From an uncultured Sphingobacteriales bacterium (GTDB lineage: Bacteria; Bacteroidota; Bacteroidia; CAILMK01; CAYYUA01): a stretch of DNA of 64,000 nucleotides. The position numbers and the translations under genes are program-made. The stretch covers positions 1,164 through 65,163 of the forward strand of contig CAZIUI010000015.1 in NCBI GenBank assembly GCA_964542585.1, in the 5' to 3' direction. Below, one piece after another: positions 40,337-51,030 of the stretch (positions are counted from its first letter, which is position 1; every line of letters begins with the position of its first letter). Under the pieces are notes generated by a model. That model ran no database searches. It saw only the letters and a program-made list of their open reading frames with translations, and was not told where the DNA came from.

Positions 40337-42244
40337 TTAACCCGTGTTATCCTCAGCCAGGGCGGTTTCGCCTTGAATATCTTCTTCCAGGTCTTTTACC
40401 AGGTCTTGCTCCACCCGAAGGTTATCAATGATAAAACGCTGGCGATCTCCGGTATTTTTACCCATGTAGTAATGCAACAACCGGGGAATAGAGGTGTCTT
40501 TGTTCAAGATCACAGGTTTAAGCCGTATCCCATCCGGGCTGATGAAGCGGCCGAACTCATCAGGTGAAATTTCTCCCAAGCCCTTAAACCGTGTAATCTC
40601 GGGTTTGCCTTTTAGTTTTTGGATGGCCTCCTGTTTTTCTTCATCACTGTAGCAGTAAAACGTCTGTTTTTTATCCCTAACGCGGAACAGGGGCGTTTCC
40701 AGGATGAACAAATGTCCTTGTTTGACCAGATCAGGGAAGAATTGCAGGAAGAAGGTGAGTAGTAGCAGCCTGATGTGCATGCCGTCAACATCTGCGTCAG
40801 TGGCAATGATCACCTTGTTGTATTGGAGGTTCTCCAGGCCATCCTCAATGTTGAGGGCATGTTGCAACAGGTTGAACTCCTCATTTTCGTACACTACTTT
40901 CTTTTTCATCCCGTAGCTGTTAAGCGGCTTACCCCTAAGACTGAAAACCGCTTGCGTTTGCACATCACGTGCTTTCGTGATAGACCCACTCGCAGAATCA
41001 CCCTCTGTGATGAAGAGCATGGTGTCTTGTGCTACCCGCTTCTTATCATCTGTATAGTGGACGCGGCAGTCGCGAAGCTTTTTATTGTGAATGCTGGCCT
41101 TTCGTGCCCGTTCTTTCGCCAGTTTCTTGACACCGGCAATTTCCTTACGCTCTTTTTCGCTCTGCTGAATCCGCTTCAGCAAGGCATCGGCTGTTTCAGG
41201 GTTCCGGTGCAAATAATTATCCAGGTTATCCCGGAGGAAATCGTAGAAAAAGGTCCGCATTGTGCGGCCTTGCTCTTCTATATTCGATGATCCAAGCTTG
41301 GTTTTGGTTTGTGACTCAAACACCGGGTCCGGCATGCGGATACTGATTGCTGCTATTACTGAAGAGCGAATGTCTGAAGGGTCGTAATCCTTTTTGTAGA
41401 AATCCCGCAATACTCTAACTAGCCCCTCTTTGAAGGCATTCAGATGGGTGCCACCCTGCGAAGTGTGCTGTCCGTTCACAAAGGAATAATATTCCTCCCC
41501 ATATTGATTCCCGTGAGTGAGGGCAATCTCTATATCATCACCCTTCAGATGAATGACGGGGTAACGCATGTTCTCCTCGTCCGTCTTGCGGTATAGCAGG
41601 TCTAAAAGGCCGTTCTCAGAGTAATACCGTTGACCGTTGTATTCAATCGTCAATCCGGCATTCAGGAAAGCATAGTTCCACACCATGTTTTCTACGTACT
41701 CAGGGATAAAATGGTAATGCTTGAAAAATTCCCTGTCAGGCTGAAATCGAATTTCAGTCCCATTTTGCTCATTGACGTTCTCCAGGTTTTCTTCATCCTG
41801 ATAAAGGCCATTGGTGAAGGTTACTACCCGGGCTTGTCCATCTCGTATGGATTTAACTTGGAAACGTTCTGAAAGGGCATTGACCGCCTTGGTCCCAACA
41901 CCATTCAGCCCTACAGATTTTTGGAAAGCGGCTGAATCATATTTCCCACCGGTATTGATCTTTGACACACAGTCAATTACCTTTCCCAGGGGTATTCCTC
42001 GTCCGTAGTCCCTTAGGACCACTTCCTGTTCATCAATCGTGAGTTTGATCTGCTTCCCAAACCCCATAACATACTCATCAATGCTGTTATCGATCACCTC
42101 TTTCAAAAGCACGTATATGCCATCATCCGGGGCTGAACCGTCCCCAAGCTTACCGATGTACATTCCCGGACGCATGCGAATATGCTCTCGCCAGTCTAAT
42201 GAGCGGATGGATTCTTCCGTATATTGATCGCTTTGTTTAGCCAT
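40337..42244 (-). CDS. parE: Type IIA DNA topoisomerase B subunit, topoisomerase IV ParE-like
   Basis: GHKL ATPase and TOPRIM motifs ([15 protein letters not shown]). N-terminal [31 protein letters not shown] matches Bacteroidota ParE rather than GyrB (GyrB has GLHHLVYEVVDN). Length 635 aa. Confidence 0.7.
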   Translation of the reverse strand: MAKQSDQYTEESIRSLDWREHIRMRPGMYIGKLGDGSAPDDGIYVLLKEVIDNSIDEYVMGFGKQIKLTIDEQEVVLRDYGRGIPLGKVIDCVSKINTGGKYDSAAFQKSVGLNGVGTKAVNALSERFQVKSIRDGQARVVTFTNGLYQDEENLENVNEQNGTEIRFQPDREFFKHYHFIPEYVENMVWNYAFLNAGLTIEYNGQRYYSENGLLDLLYRKTDEENMRYPVIHLKGDDIEIALTHGNQYGEEYYSFVNGQHTSQGGTHLNAFKEGLVRVLRDFYKKDYDPSDIRSSVIAAISIRMPDPVFESQTKTKLGSSNIEEQGRTMRTFFYDFLRDNLDNYLHRNPETADALLKRIQQSEKERKEIAGVKKLAKERARKASIHNKKLRDCRVHYTDDKKRVAQDTMLFITEGDSASGSITKARDVQTQAVFSLRGKPLNSYGMKKKVVYENEEFNLLQHALNIEDGLENLQYNKVIIATDADVDGMHIRLLLLTFFLQFFPDLVKQGHLFILETPLFRVRDKKQTFYCYSDEEKQEAIQKLKGKPEITRFKGLGEISPDEFGRFISPDGIRLKPVILNKDTSIPRLLHYYMGKNTGDRQRFIIDNLRVEQDLVKDLEEDIQGETALAEDNTG

Positions 42245-42786
42245 TATTGGGCCCCTTCATTTGTTCAGCTAATTTAGAAGCTTGAATAGAATTGACAACA
42301 CCGAATGAAAAACTACAGGTTCTGAAATACAGTTCATCTAAGTACATAAGGGATTTCCCCGATTGTTGTTATTGAAATTAAAAACCTGTCAAGCACCCTT
42401 AAAACCGTAACTAAACAGGCATATTTTTAATAAGGAGAATACAACTTTTACTGAATAACTTTCCGATAGGTAAAAGCAAATAAACCTCTTGGACCCCTTA
42501 AAATTGTCAGAATAAATGTTTAAGAATCACAGAGGTATTGCTGCATAGAGCGTAAGGACTGTATAAGATGGCTAAACTTGCTTTAAAACAGCATATAGCA
42601 TGGAAGGGGGAAAAGCGAGCCTTTGGTTTTTACCGGTTTTCGTTATCAAGCCGCGATTTTTCGGTGCTTTTTTTAAAAAGCTTTCAATGTTGGCTGGCCA
42701 AGCATTAAGGGTGTTTGGCTATTGTAATTTAACCAATTATCTTATGACAAACATATTTATTTAGAACCCTGCCTTAAAAACCGTAC

Positions 42787-43206
42787 ATGAAATTTCATGG
42801 CTTATACAGGAGAGCCGTTCAGACTGCTATCAGGTTGTTACAAAATCCATCAAAGGTTGTGAATCTCATTCGCCGGGCTAACCAAAAAACCACTAAAACC
42901 GGCAAAAAAGGAGCTTCAATGGAGAAGGAAGTACCCTACTGGAAGGAGCGAATACAATTGCTGGGGAGAATGGTTAAAGCGTACATTAGAGGCGATTATA
43001 CAGCCGTTTCGTATACATTCATTGTAAAAGCAGTGGCTGCCTTGATCTACTTTGTGTGGATTTTTGATTTGATACCGGACATGATCCCTGGTGCCGGCTT
43101 GGTGGATGATGCCACGGTCTTAGTCTGGATCCTTAATTCGCTGAACCAGGAGCTTGATCGTTATCAGGAATGGGAAGAAGCCAATAATCCGCCGGGTAGA
43201 GAGTGA
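42787..43206 (+). CDS. DUF1232 (YkvA-like) membrane protein
   Basis: DLIPDMIPGAGLVDDATVLVWIL matches the DUF1232 signature. Confidence 0.6.
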   Translation: MKFHGLYRRAVQTAIRLLQNPSKVVNLIRRANQKTTKTGKKGASMEKEVPYWKERIQLLGRMVKAYIRGDYTAVSYTFIVKAVAALIYFVWIFDLIPDMIPGAGLVDDATVLVWILNSLNQELDRYQEWEEANNPPGRE

Positions 43207-43260
43207 AAATGTGCAGGCTAAGGGCTTGCTGTTGGTTACCTTTGAATTCAAAAGGCAACT

Positions 43261-43650
43261 ATGTTATACGAAGCAGAAGGATCTTTAAAAGCAACATTTG
43301 AAACACAGCAGAAAACGGAAAATTTTAGGCTGCGGGAGTTCGTACTTGAGATCCAGGATGGACAATATCCACAAGAAATTAAGTTCCAATTAACCCAGGA
43401 CCGCTGCTCTTTGTTAGATCAGTTTAGCGAAGGCGATCAAGTAAAAGTGGCCTTTGGCCTAAGGGGGCGTTCTTACACGAATAAAGAAGGCAAAACCCTT
43501 TATTTTACGAACCTTAATGCAATAAGTATAGAGGGTGTTGGCGGTACGGTTCAAGATCCGGATGCTAACCAAGCTAGTAAAGAGGGCAGTGATCCTAACC
43601 AAGATATACCTCCGGATAATGGTGACCAAGACGAGGATCTGCCTTTTTAA
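43261..43650 (+). CDS. DUF3127-like small protein with acidic C-terminal tail
   Basis: Pattern F.LREFVLE.QDGQYPQ.I.F.L..D......F.EGD.V.V.F.L.GR.Y matches the remembered DUF3127 consensus. Confidence 0.5.
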   Translation: MLYEAEGSLKATFETQQKTENFRLREFVLEIQDGQYPQEIKFQLTQDRCSLLDQFSEGDQVKVAFGLRGRSYTNKEGKTLYFTNLNAISIEGVGGTVQDPDANQASKEGSDPNQDIPPDNGDQDEDLPF

Positions 43651-43708
43651 AGCGCCTTGCCAAAAGGATGGGGAGGTAGCCTAATGAACGATTAAAAGTG
43701 TATGAGTC

Positions 43709-45607
43709 ATGGCTAAGTTATACTTGGAAGCCGAAAACCTTTCCAAGGCGATCGGTGAAAGGATTCTTTTTGATCAGCTATCACTCACCGTAGCTCAAGG
43801 TGAAAAAGTAGCGCTTGTTGCGAGAAATGGGACGGGAAAAAGTTCTTTGCTGGACATCCTGGGTCAGCTGGATCAGCCTGATACTGGAAGGGCTCATATA
43901 CCCAAAGATGTTCGAATGAGTTACTTGCCTCAAAATCCAGAGTTGCCCCTGGATAAAACGGTTTTAGCTACCGTTCTGCAATCAGACAACCCTATGGCAG
44001 CAGCCATTCGGAAATATGAGGAAGCCCTTAACTACCAGGCAAGTCAGAACACTGCTGAGGCCGCCAATCTGCTGCAGGAAGCTATGGATGATATGGAAGC
44101 AGAGGATGCATGGGATTATGAAGTGAAGGTGACTGAGATCCTTGGTAAGCTTAACATTTTTGATCACCAGCAAGTGATCAGCGAGCTCTCAGGTGGGCAG
44201 AAAAAGCGAGTTGCCCTGGCTAAGGTGCTGATCGATAATCCTGATTTTCTAATAATGGACGAGCCTACTAACCATTTGGACCTGGACATGGTGGAATGGT
44301 TGGAGGAAGTGCTTACCACCCAAAAGATGACGCTGCTACTGGTAACGCACGACCGTTACTTCTTAAACAATGTTACCAATCAGATCCTGGAGCTTGAGAA
44401 TGGCCGGTTGCGCAAATTCAGGGGCAATTTTGAGTATTACCTGGAAAAAAAATCGGAGCTTGAAGCGCAACAGGCTGCAGAAGTGGATAAAGCTCAGAAA
44501 CAATATGCCAAAGAATTGGACTGGCTAAAGAGTCAGCCTAAAGCCAGGGGTACAAAAGCAAAATCCCGCATTGAAAAAGCTGAACAACTAAGGCAAAAAG
44601 CTCAAGAGGGTAAATCCGACCAGCAGGTAAACATGAACGTTCAGTCCCGGCGAATGGGGAAAAAAATTCTGGATCTCCGAGAAGTCAGCAAAAGCTTTAA
44701 TGACAAAGTGATTCTGGATGATTTCAGTTACGAATTCCAAAAAGGCGACCGGATAGGCATTGTAGGACCTAATGGTACTGGTAAAACCACTTTTCTGAAT
44801 ATTGTAACCGGCACGCTAGACCTGGACCGAGGTGAGCGCGAAACCGGCGAAACCATAGTCTTTGGGTTTTACCGTCAGGAAGCTATTAGACTCCCCGAGG
44901 ATAAAAAGGTTATAGAAGTGGTTAGGGATGTGGCTGAAGTGCTGGACCTCGGGAATGGACAATACTTGACGGCTTTTCAACTTTTGGAGCAGTTTCTCTT
45001 CCCTAAGCATATGCACTACAACCATGTGTACAAGTTGAGCGGAGGGGAGCGCAGGCGCTTGCACCTGCTTACCGTACTTATGAAAAACCCGAACTTCCTG
45101 ATCCTGGACGAACCCACCAATGACCTCGATATCCTGACGCTTGGTGTTTTAGAGGAGTTTCTAAAAAGTTTTCAAGGATGCTTGATCACGGTGACCCACG
45201 ACCGGTACTTCCTGGATAAGCTTGTGAATCACATTTTCGTATTCGAGGGCAATGGTAAAGTGATCGATTACAACGGCACTTACCATCAATATCGTGCTGA
45301 AAAGAAAGCCGAGGCTCGGAAACAGGATCAAACAACCCCTAAAGAGCCCAAGCCTAAAAAGGATAGTAACAAAAGCCAGCAGCGTAAGCCCAAGCTTTCT
45401 TACAAGCAACAGCAGGAATTAGAAAGCCTGGAAAAAGAACTAGACGAACTGGAACAGCGAAAAGCTGAGCTTCAAGAAAAAATTAATGCTGGAAAAGGTA
45501 GCGCGGAGGAATTGCAGGACTGGTCAAAGGAATTAAGCAGCATTCAGCATACCATTACTGATCGGGAAACACGCTGGCTGGAGCTTGCGGAGTTAGCGAG
45601 CTTTTAA
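43709..45607 (+). CDS. ABC-F family ATPase (two ABC domains, Uup/EttA-like, C-terminal coiled-coil)
   Basis: Two Walker A motifs (ARNGTGKSSLL, GPNGTGKTTFL). Two signature motifs (LSGGQKKRVALAKVL, LSGGERRRLHL). No TM domains. Lys/Glu-rich coiled-coil tail. Confidence 0.85.
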   Translation: MAKLYLEAENLSKAIGERILFDQLSLTVAQGEKVALVARNGTGKSSLLDILGQLDQPDTGRAHIPKDVRMSYLPQNPELPLDKTVLATVLQSDNPMAAAIRKYEEALNYQASQNTAEAANLLQEAMDDMEAEDAWDYEVKVTEILGKLNIFDHQQVISELSGGQKKRVALAKVLIDNPDFLIMDEPTNHLDLDMVEWLEEVLTTQKMTLLLVTHDRYFLNNVTNQILELENGRLRKFRGNFEYYLEKKSELEAQQAAEVDKAQKQYAKELDWLKSQPKARGTKAKSRIEKAEQLRQKAQEGKSDQQVNMNVQSRRMGKKILDLREVSKSFNDKVILDDFSYEFQKGDRIGIVGPNGTGKTTFLNIVTGTLDLDRGERETGETIVFGFYRQEAIRLPEDKKVIEVVRDVAEVLDLGNGQYLTAFQLLEQFLFPKHMHYNHVYKLSGGERRRLHLLTVLMKNPNFLILDEPTNDLDILTLGVLEEFLKSFQGCLITVTHDRYFLDKLVNHIFVFEGNGKVIDYNGTYHQYRAEKKAEARKQDQTTPKEPKPKKDSNKSQQRKPKLSYKQQQELESLEKELDELEQRKAELQEKINAGKGSAEELQDWSKELSSIQHTITDRETRWLELAELASF

Positions 45608-45789
45608 ATAATGAAGTAAACCAGGAATAGCAATAGGAGAAACACTGCCACTACTTGTTGCCAGATCGGGAACATTCGAAATTCATGCTCGCAAATGGGG
45701 CAAACTTTATGCTGTTTATCAACCTCCATTGCGCATGATGGGCATGTCTTTTTGGCCATAGAAGCCGATTTTAATATCTCCTGAGGCAA
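45604..45789 (-). CDS. Putative small zinc-ribbon membrane protein (61 aa)
   Basis: CPSC...CPIC four-Cys ribbon followed by one TM helix. Overlaps the ABC-F stop by 4 bp (convergent). Confidence 0.3.
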   Translation of the reverse strand: MPQEILKSASMAKKTCPSCAMEVDKQHKVCPICEHEFRMFPIWQQVVAVFLLLLFLVYFII

Positions 45790-46060
45790 ACTGCTTGCCG
45801 GATTGGATTTTTGAATTTTCAGCCCCCCATTCTAGCATTAACTCCCCTGATTATTAATCAACCCTACATTTTTGTTTAAAAATTGTACTTTAATATTAGA
45901 CAGAAAAAGCTAATTGATGGGTTTGGTTTTTAACCTTCAAAAAGAATTGTTGGTTTCTTGTAAAGGTTTGTAAACCAGTATTTTATGTTTTAAAATTGCG
46001 AATTTTATTATATAAATTTTCTTCTGACAACCGTTATCACCTATTACTAAAATACTACAA

Positions 46061-46090
46061 AAGCCCCTTTTTGTGGGCTTTTTTAAATTT
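46061..46090 (+). terminator. Intrinsic-terminator-like hairpin inside the 1.26 kb ORF-free AT-rich region (candidate 3' end of an sRNA)
   Basis: AAGCCC-CTTTTTGT-GGGCTT is a 6-bp stem, extendable to 8 with flanking A/U, followed by TTTTAAATTTT. It lies 450 bp downstream of the ABC-F stop and has no ORF upstream. Confidence 0.4.
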
Positions 46091-47114
46091 TGGTACAGAC
46101 TTTGTTGTAATTATGTTGAAATGCTTGATTCTTAAATGTTCTGTTTAAAACAAAACGCAAAATCTTAAACAACTAAACGTTAATGTTATGGATGATTACT
46201 TAGTAAAGTATGAAACCTTAAAGCAAGAAGCTAGACAATTGATGGAAAAAGGGGCTATTAAAGCATACGTTCAAAAGTTAATTGAAATTGAACAGATAAA
46301 CCGTATGTACCAAAAATGTGCCTAGTGCATTATTGCACAACTCATGTTCTAAAAACCGGAGAAACTGCCTTCTTTTAATAGTTAGAAGTAGTTATTTTAC
46401 CCCTTAAATTTTTTGTTGGTTTTTTATCGTAATTACTGTATTGATAAGAATTATTAAACGATACTTGTAACTATCAGGTTTTCCCTTATGCTTTTTTTAG
46501 TATAGCTATCGGTTTACCATTTGTCATATTCCCTTGAATGTTGATATTAGCAAGCTTTGTTGTGGCTTGTTAGTTTTTGCAACGAATATAACCTCGGGTT
46601 CATCTCAAAAACCGTTACTATTAGTGCCCACCTCATAGGCAGTGTTTAGCATTTTTTGAAAGTGTATTATCAATAACATTAAGGGGAATAAAATGAGGGT
46701 AGGTGTTAAACGATTTGCTTATTTCTTCAGCTTTCAATGGCCGCATTAGTCTTTCAGTGAATAGATATGCTAATAAATTTATCAAACAAATCTTCGTATT
46801 GTTTAAACATTTATCCTATCTTGTTTTCTTGGCTTTTCTATTTCTATTTAATTAATTATAATTTTACTAAACAGTTATATTTCTTTTTATTTAATAAAAT
46901 AAGTTATAATAAGTAAATAAAAATCACTATAGTAAATTTCCGATTCAACAAAAGGCAGGTTAAATTGGCGTTGCTTCAAAAAGGGTTCAGTATCATTTTA
47001 TAACTTTTACAAAACACCTCTTAATCCCTTACGTCAATATTTTTAATAATGGTAACTTTGTCAGAAAGCATTTACTACCAACCAATCTCAAACTTAAACC
47101 CAAAACTTGATACT

Positions 47115-47342
47115 ATGAGTAAAAAAGATTCATCTGGTAAGGTTCTGTTGTCTTTCATTACTGGTTTAGCAGCTGGAGCAGCTGCAGGGCTTTTAATCGC
47201 CCCCGAATCCGGGGATAAGACTCGGGAACGGTTGCGCGAAAGGGCCAATGACTTAGAGGAAGAAATTGAAGACAAGGTCAAAGAGCAGGTCAACAAAGTC
47301 AAGGATTCCATCCAAAATCAGGAAAGCTCAAGCAATACCTGA
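47115..47342 (+). CDS. YtxH-domain (DUF948-like) small membrane-associated protein
   Basis: Start at ATG 47115. MSKKDSSGKVLLSFITGLAAGAAAGLLIAPESGDKTRERLRERANDLEE is the YtxH signature (hydrophobic Gly/Ala helix followed by APxSGxxTR). Confidence 0.6.
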   Translation: MSKKDSSGKVLLSFITGLAAGAAAGLLIAPESGDKTRERLRERANDLEEEIEDKVKEQVNKVKDSIQNQESSSNT

Positions 47343-47410
47343 GGCTTATAAACCCAGGTCTGACATGTGATTTGGTGAATTAGCTAAAATTTACCCTTAC
47401 GAGCCTGGAA

Positions 47411-47803
47411 ATGCCTTTGATTTTCAGGCTCGTTTCGAAAGATGGATGTATGAGCGACATGCCTTTTAAGACGCTTCTGAAGCGACTATCCCAGTACCTC
47501 CAGTCTTACGTTAAAAATTACCTGGACTACCTTCGCTATGAGGCTGCTGAACGCGTTGTGGATAGTTTGGCCTATGTGATCTGTAATGTTGTGGCAATTA
47601 TTGTATTGGTGCTTTGTTTAAATATTACTTTTCTTTCATTGGCACTGGCTTGTGGGATAGCTTTTAATGCCATTCCCTTAGCTTTGATAGTAATAGCAGG
47701 ATTTTATCTGATGGCAGGTTTAATGTTGATGATATTCCGGAAATCTATCATTAGCCGTCCCCTTCAAAGGCAGATTGTGACGCTACTTTTCAATGACTCT
47801 TAA
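47411..47803 (+). CDS. Small 2-3 TM membrane protein, holin-like (Phage_holin_3_6-type) as commonly found next to YtxH genes
   Basis: 130 aa with an amphipathic N-terminus and two or three hydrophobic helices. Start could be Met 47411 or 47450. Confidence 0.45.
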   Translation: MPLIFRLVSKDGCMSDMPFKTLLKRLSQYLQSYVKNYLDYLRYEAAERVVDSLAYVICNVVAIIVLVLCLNITFLSLALACGIAFNAIPLALIVIAGFYLMAGLMLMIFRKSIISRPLQRQIVTLLFNDS

Positions 47804-47820
47804 CTAAAAAGGGCATCATC

Positions 47821-48222
47821 GTGACAAAAAATAAAGCGCAAAAGAAAAAGCCAGGTATCAGAACCTTAACAGATATCAGGCGGGAAAAAGCGAAGGCACA
47901 GGAGCGATTAACATACGCTGAGTCAGTGTTAAAGGAGGATTGGCAGGATTTACAAGATCAGGTTCGGCCTTCAGGCCTCATAGGCATGTTTGATCAGGTC
48001 TTACCATATCTTGGAAATGTTCTACCCTTGGGGCGTATCGTATCTGGAATTACGGGTCGTTTATTCAAAAAGGGGAAAGAGGATGAAAAAACTGAAAAAA
48101 CGCTGGATACTGAAAATAAGCAAAAAAGCAGATTGATGAGCGGATGGTATCGTTATGTACTCCCCTTTATAGGCGGTGCCGTTGCTATGGCTTCCATTTT
48201 TAGGCGAAAATCATCTTCATAA
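47821..48222 (+). CDS. Hypothetical protein (133 aa), third gene of the YtxH/holin-like trio
   Basis: Basic N-terminus and one hydrophobic C-terminal segment. Tight spacing with the upstream genes (17 bp). Confidence 0.45.
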   Translation: MTKNKAQKKKPGIRTLTDIRREKAKAQERLTYAESVLKEDWQDLQDQVRPSGLIGMFDQVLPYLGNVLPLGRIVSGITGRLFKKGKEDEKTEKTLDTENKQKSRLMSGWYRYVLPFIGGAVAMASIFRRKSSS

Positions 48223-48235
48223 CACCAAGCCAAGC

Positions 48236-48607
48236 TCACAAGTAGGTGTCAATCGTTTCCAAAAGGTGTTCCTGATCTACAGGCTTTGAAATGTAGTCTT
48301 CGAATCCTTGATCTAAAAAGTAAGCTCTATCACCCGCCATTGCATAAGAAGTAACAGCTATAAATACGGGTGGTGATTTAGGGACTTCTGCCCTGATTTC
48401 GTGCATTAAGCTCGTTCCATCGGTATGCGCTTCTCCAAGATTAATATCCATGAGTACTAAAGATTGACCGCCCTCATGCTCGATCATTTCCTTAGCTTCT
48501 CTGCTATTGCGGGCAGTCTGAATATTAAACCTGTCTTTAAGCATTTTTTGAAGCACAAAAATACTTATGTCATCATCTTCCACGATTAGGATGGTTTGAA
48601 TTCCCAT
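48236..48607 (-). CDS. Response regulator, receiver domain only (CheY-like)
   Basis: ILIVEDDDISIFVLQKML. Phospho-acceptor context LVLMDINLG. Conserved Thr/Lys positions in AVTSYA / YISKP. Confidence 0.8.
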   Translation of the reverse strand: MGIQTILIVEDDDISIFVLQKMLKDRFNIQTARNSREAKEMIEHEGGQSLVLMDINLGEAHTDGTSLMHEIRAEVPKSPPVFIAVTSYAMAGDRAYFLDQGFEDYISKPVDQEHLLETIDTYL

Positions 48608-48639
48608 CTATTGGGCTTTTTGGGACTAGCGAAACTAGC

Positions 48640-50721
48640 TTACGAGTTGCTTTTTAACAAGGGAATACTTATTTGAATAACTGTTCCCCGGTTTTTGCGG
48701 CTTTTGAGCTTTAAAGATCCACCACATAAATGGCAAAAACGTTGCACAATGGGTAGTCCAAGGCCAGGCCCTTCGTATTCACGTTTATGCCCTAATGATT
48801 CCTGGTAAAAAGCATGGAAAATTCGCTCTTTGTTCTCCTCTTCGATTCCAATACCGGTATCTGCTACGGTAATGAGCGCTTTATCCTTTTGAACATTTAA
48901 TCCGGAGCGGATAACAATGTAGCCCTTGGATGTAAACTTAAGCGAATTTTCAATAAGGTTTTGAACAATGAGCTGGAAAATTTCCTGGCTGAGCGTTACC
49001 GGTGGCAGGTTAGATTGTAATTGCTGATAAAAAGCCAGTCCATTCTTAGTTGCTTGTCTTTCGTAAGATCTTAATAATCCGGTTAAGCTTTGGACAATAT
49101 CAGTGCTGCCCCTGGCTTGTGGTACTTTCCCTGTTTCCAGCCTGGAAAAAGCAATAATGCTATTTAGCGTTTTTAAAAGGCGTTCCCCACTATCCCTAAT
49201 CATCTGTGTGTAATCGGTAATTTTATCCTCGTTGTAGTATTCCTTTTCCATTAATTGAACAAGGCCTAAAATGCCATTGAGGGGGGTCCGAACTTCATGG
49301 CTCATGTTAGCCAGGAAATGGCTTTTAAGGCGATCCAATTCCTCAGCTTCTTGCTTAGCTTCTTCTAATTGCTTTTGCACTTTTATTTCTTGGGTTATAT
49401 CACGCAAGGCCCCGTCATAAAATACATTCCCATGATCATCCAATAACCGGTTACTACTTAATAAACCCCAAAAAGTAGAGCCATCCTTTCGCTGAAATTT
49501 GACAGGTCTATTTTTCAGACCACCATTGGCTTGCTCTTCGCGGATCATGTGGTGGCGATCCTCCGGATTGGCATACAGCCCAGAGGAATCGGTTGCTAGA
49601 ATGTTGGTAGCTGACTCATATCCGAAAAGCCTGGCGAATGGCTCATTAACATAGATCAATCCATCCTCCGGTGTGCTTCGAAAAATACCTTCCTGTATAT
49701 GTTGATTGATAGAGCTAAGCAGTTGTTGCTGCTGCCTGAGTCTTTGTTGATTCTCCTTTTCTTCGGTGATATCTACTAAATAAAAGCAGTAATGATGGGC
49801 ATCATGAGGACGAATGACCCCCTCATAAGTGGCATCGCCAACCTTTATTTCCAGACTTTTGTCTGAAAATGGTTGATCCTTATTAAGATAGATCATTAGT
49901 TTATTGGGGATATACTGCCCTTGGCTCACACACCAGTGCTTTATTAGGGGCTCAGCGGGTGTATTGTAGTACTCAATGATCCCATCGGAACGGACCTGAA
50001 TGATCGGATGAGGATTATTAGTGGTCAGCAAAACTTTATGCCGAGTATCAGGCGATACATTATCCGAATGAGACTGGGAAACCGGGTAATACTGCAACAA
50101 AATATCATATTGCTCACTTGAAGCGGAGAAAACCGGCGTTAATTGGAGGTGGTATTGTTGTCCGTAAAGCTTATCCTTGTAAGGGATATGAATGGGCTCT
50201 GCTTTTTCCAGTACGCTTTCAATAGGACTGCGATCATCCGCTATTTGCTCCCTATTAACTACTTCCTTGATGATTTCCTCCGGATGATGATAGGATTTTG
50301 ATCGCATGAACCCCAACTCCTTACTGGTATACCATATAGAGGGGGGAAGGTCATTGCTAAATAGTACAGCACCAGGTTGAGATTCCTGTAATGTCGTATC
50401 AGGGGTAGCTGTAATGCTTTCCTCATATTGTAAAAAGGTGTACGATAATTGTAAATGATCATATGCCTCTGCTAAAGGCTCTGCTTTCAGCTGAAACCAA
50501 GCGTAGTAGCCGTTATCGATTGTCATCCTTATAGTATTGCTAATGGCGCAATTATTTTGGTAGCAATATTGAACCTGGAAACGTAAATGAGCTTGATCAT
50601 CAGGATGAACAAATTTGGTCAAATCGGTTCCCCGGAGGTAATCAGGTTCAGATACTAAGTAATTGAAAAAATCTTTATCTGCTTGGCTAATTTGAAGTTC
50701 ATAATCTATTACAAGTGTCAT
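48640..50721 (-). CDS. Cytoplasmic multi-PAS sensor histidine kinase
   Basis: H-box SHEVRTPLNGILG. N/G boxes (NLIENSLKFT, DTGIGIEEE, GPGLGLPI). Upstream PAS-like repeats. No TM helices. About 30 bp upstream of the receiver gene on the same strand. Confidence 0.85.
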   Translation of the reverse strand: MTLVIDYELQISQADKDFFNYLVSEPDYLRGTDLTKFVHPDDQAHLRFQVQYCYQNNCAISNTIRMTIDNGYYAWFQLKAEPLAEAYDHLQLSYTFLQYEESITATPDTTLQESQPGAVLFSNDLPPSIWYTSKELGFMRSKSYHHPEEIIKEVVNREQIADDRSPIESVLEKAEPIHIPYKDKLYGQQYHLQLTPVFSASSEQYDILLQYYPVSQSHSDNVSPDTRHKVLLTTNNPHPIIQVRSDGIIEYYNTPAEPLIKHWCVSQGQYIPNKLMIYLNKDQPFSDKSLEIKVGDATYEGVIRPHDAHHYCFYLVDITEEKENQQRLRQQQQLLSSINQHIQEGIFRSTPEDGLIYVNEPFARLFGYESATNILATDSSGLYANPEDRHHMIREEQANGGLKNRPVKFQRKDGSTFWGLLSSNRLLDDHGNVFYDGALRDITQEIKVQKQLEEAKQEAEELDRLKSHFLANMSHEVRTPLNGILGLVQLMEKEYYNEDKITDYTQMIRDSGERLLKTLNSIIAFSRLETGKVPQARGSTDIVQSLTGLLRSYERQATKNGLAFYQQLQSNLPPVTLSQEIFQLIVQNLIENSLKFTSKGYIVIRSGLNVQKDKALITVADTGIGIEEENKERIFHAFYQESLGHKREYEGPGLGLPIVQRFCHLCGGSLKLKSRKNRGTVIQISIPLLKSNS

Positions 50722-51030
50722 AAGTGACTAGCTCGTTACATGACTAATTTAAAAAAGATGACTACAAACCATTCCAATGCTGTTGTTATCCTTAAATTAA
50801 TTTATTCCAGCTCTAAAACACGGCTGAAAATTGTAGTACACTTAAAGGTGAAATTTAAACAAAAGGAAATAATTTACCAAAAAATTACGAAATATATATT
50901 ATAAATTATAGTATTATTTTTTATATAATTAAGGCACCCAGGTTTTTTCATTCATGTTCAATAACAATTTTTTCATTCTGCTTTTATAATTGTATTATTC
51001 AGAATTGAATAGGATTTCTTAAGCCTTTTA

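Noticed and set aside
40373-42227. Multiple plus-strand ORFs (e.g. 40775..41290, 171 aa) antisense to the parE-like gene
   Set aside because: They are antisense to a highly conserved topoisomerase CDS. Their composition (Leu/Phe/Cys-rich) is typical of antisense frames.
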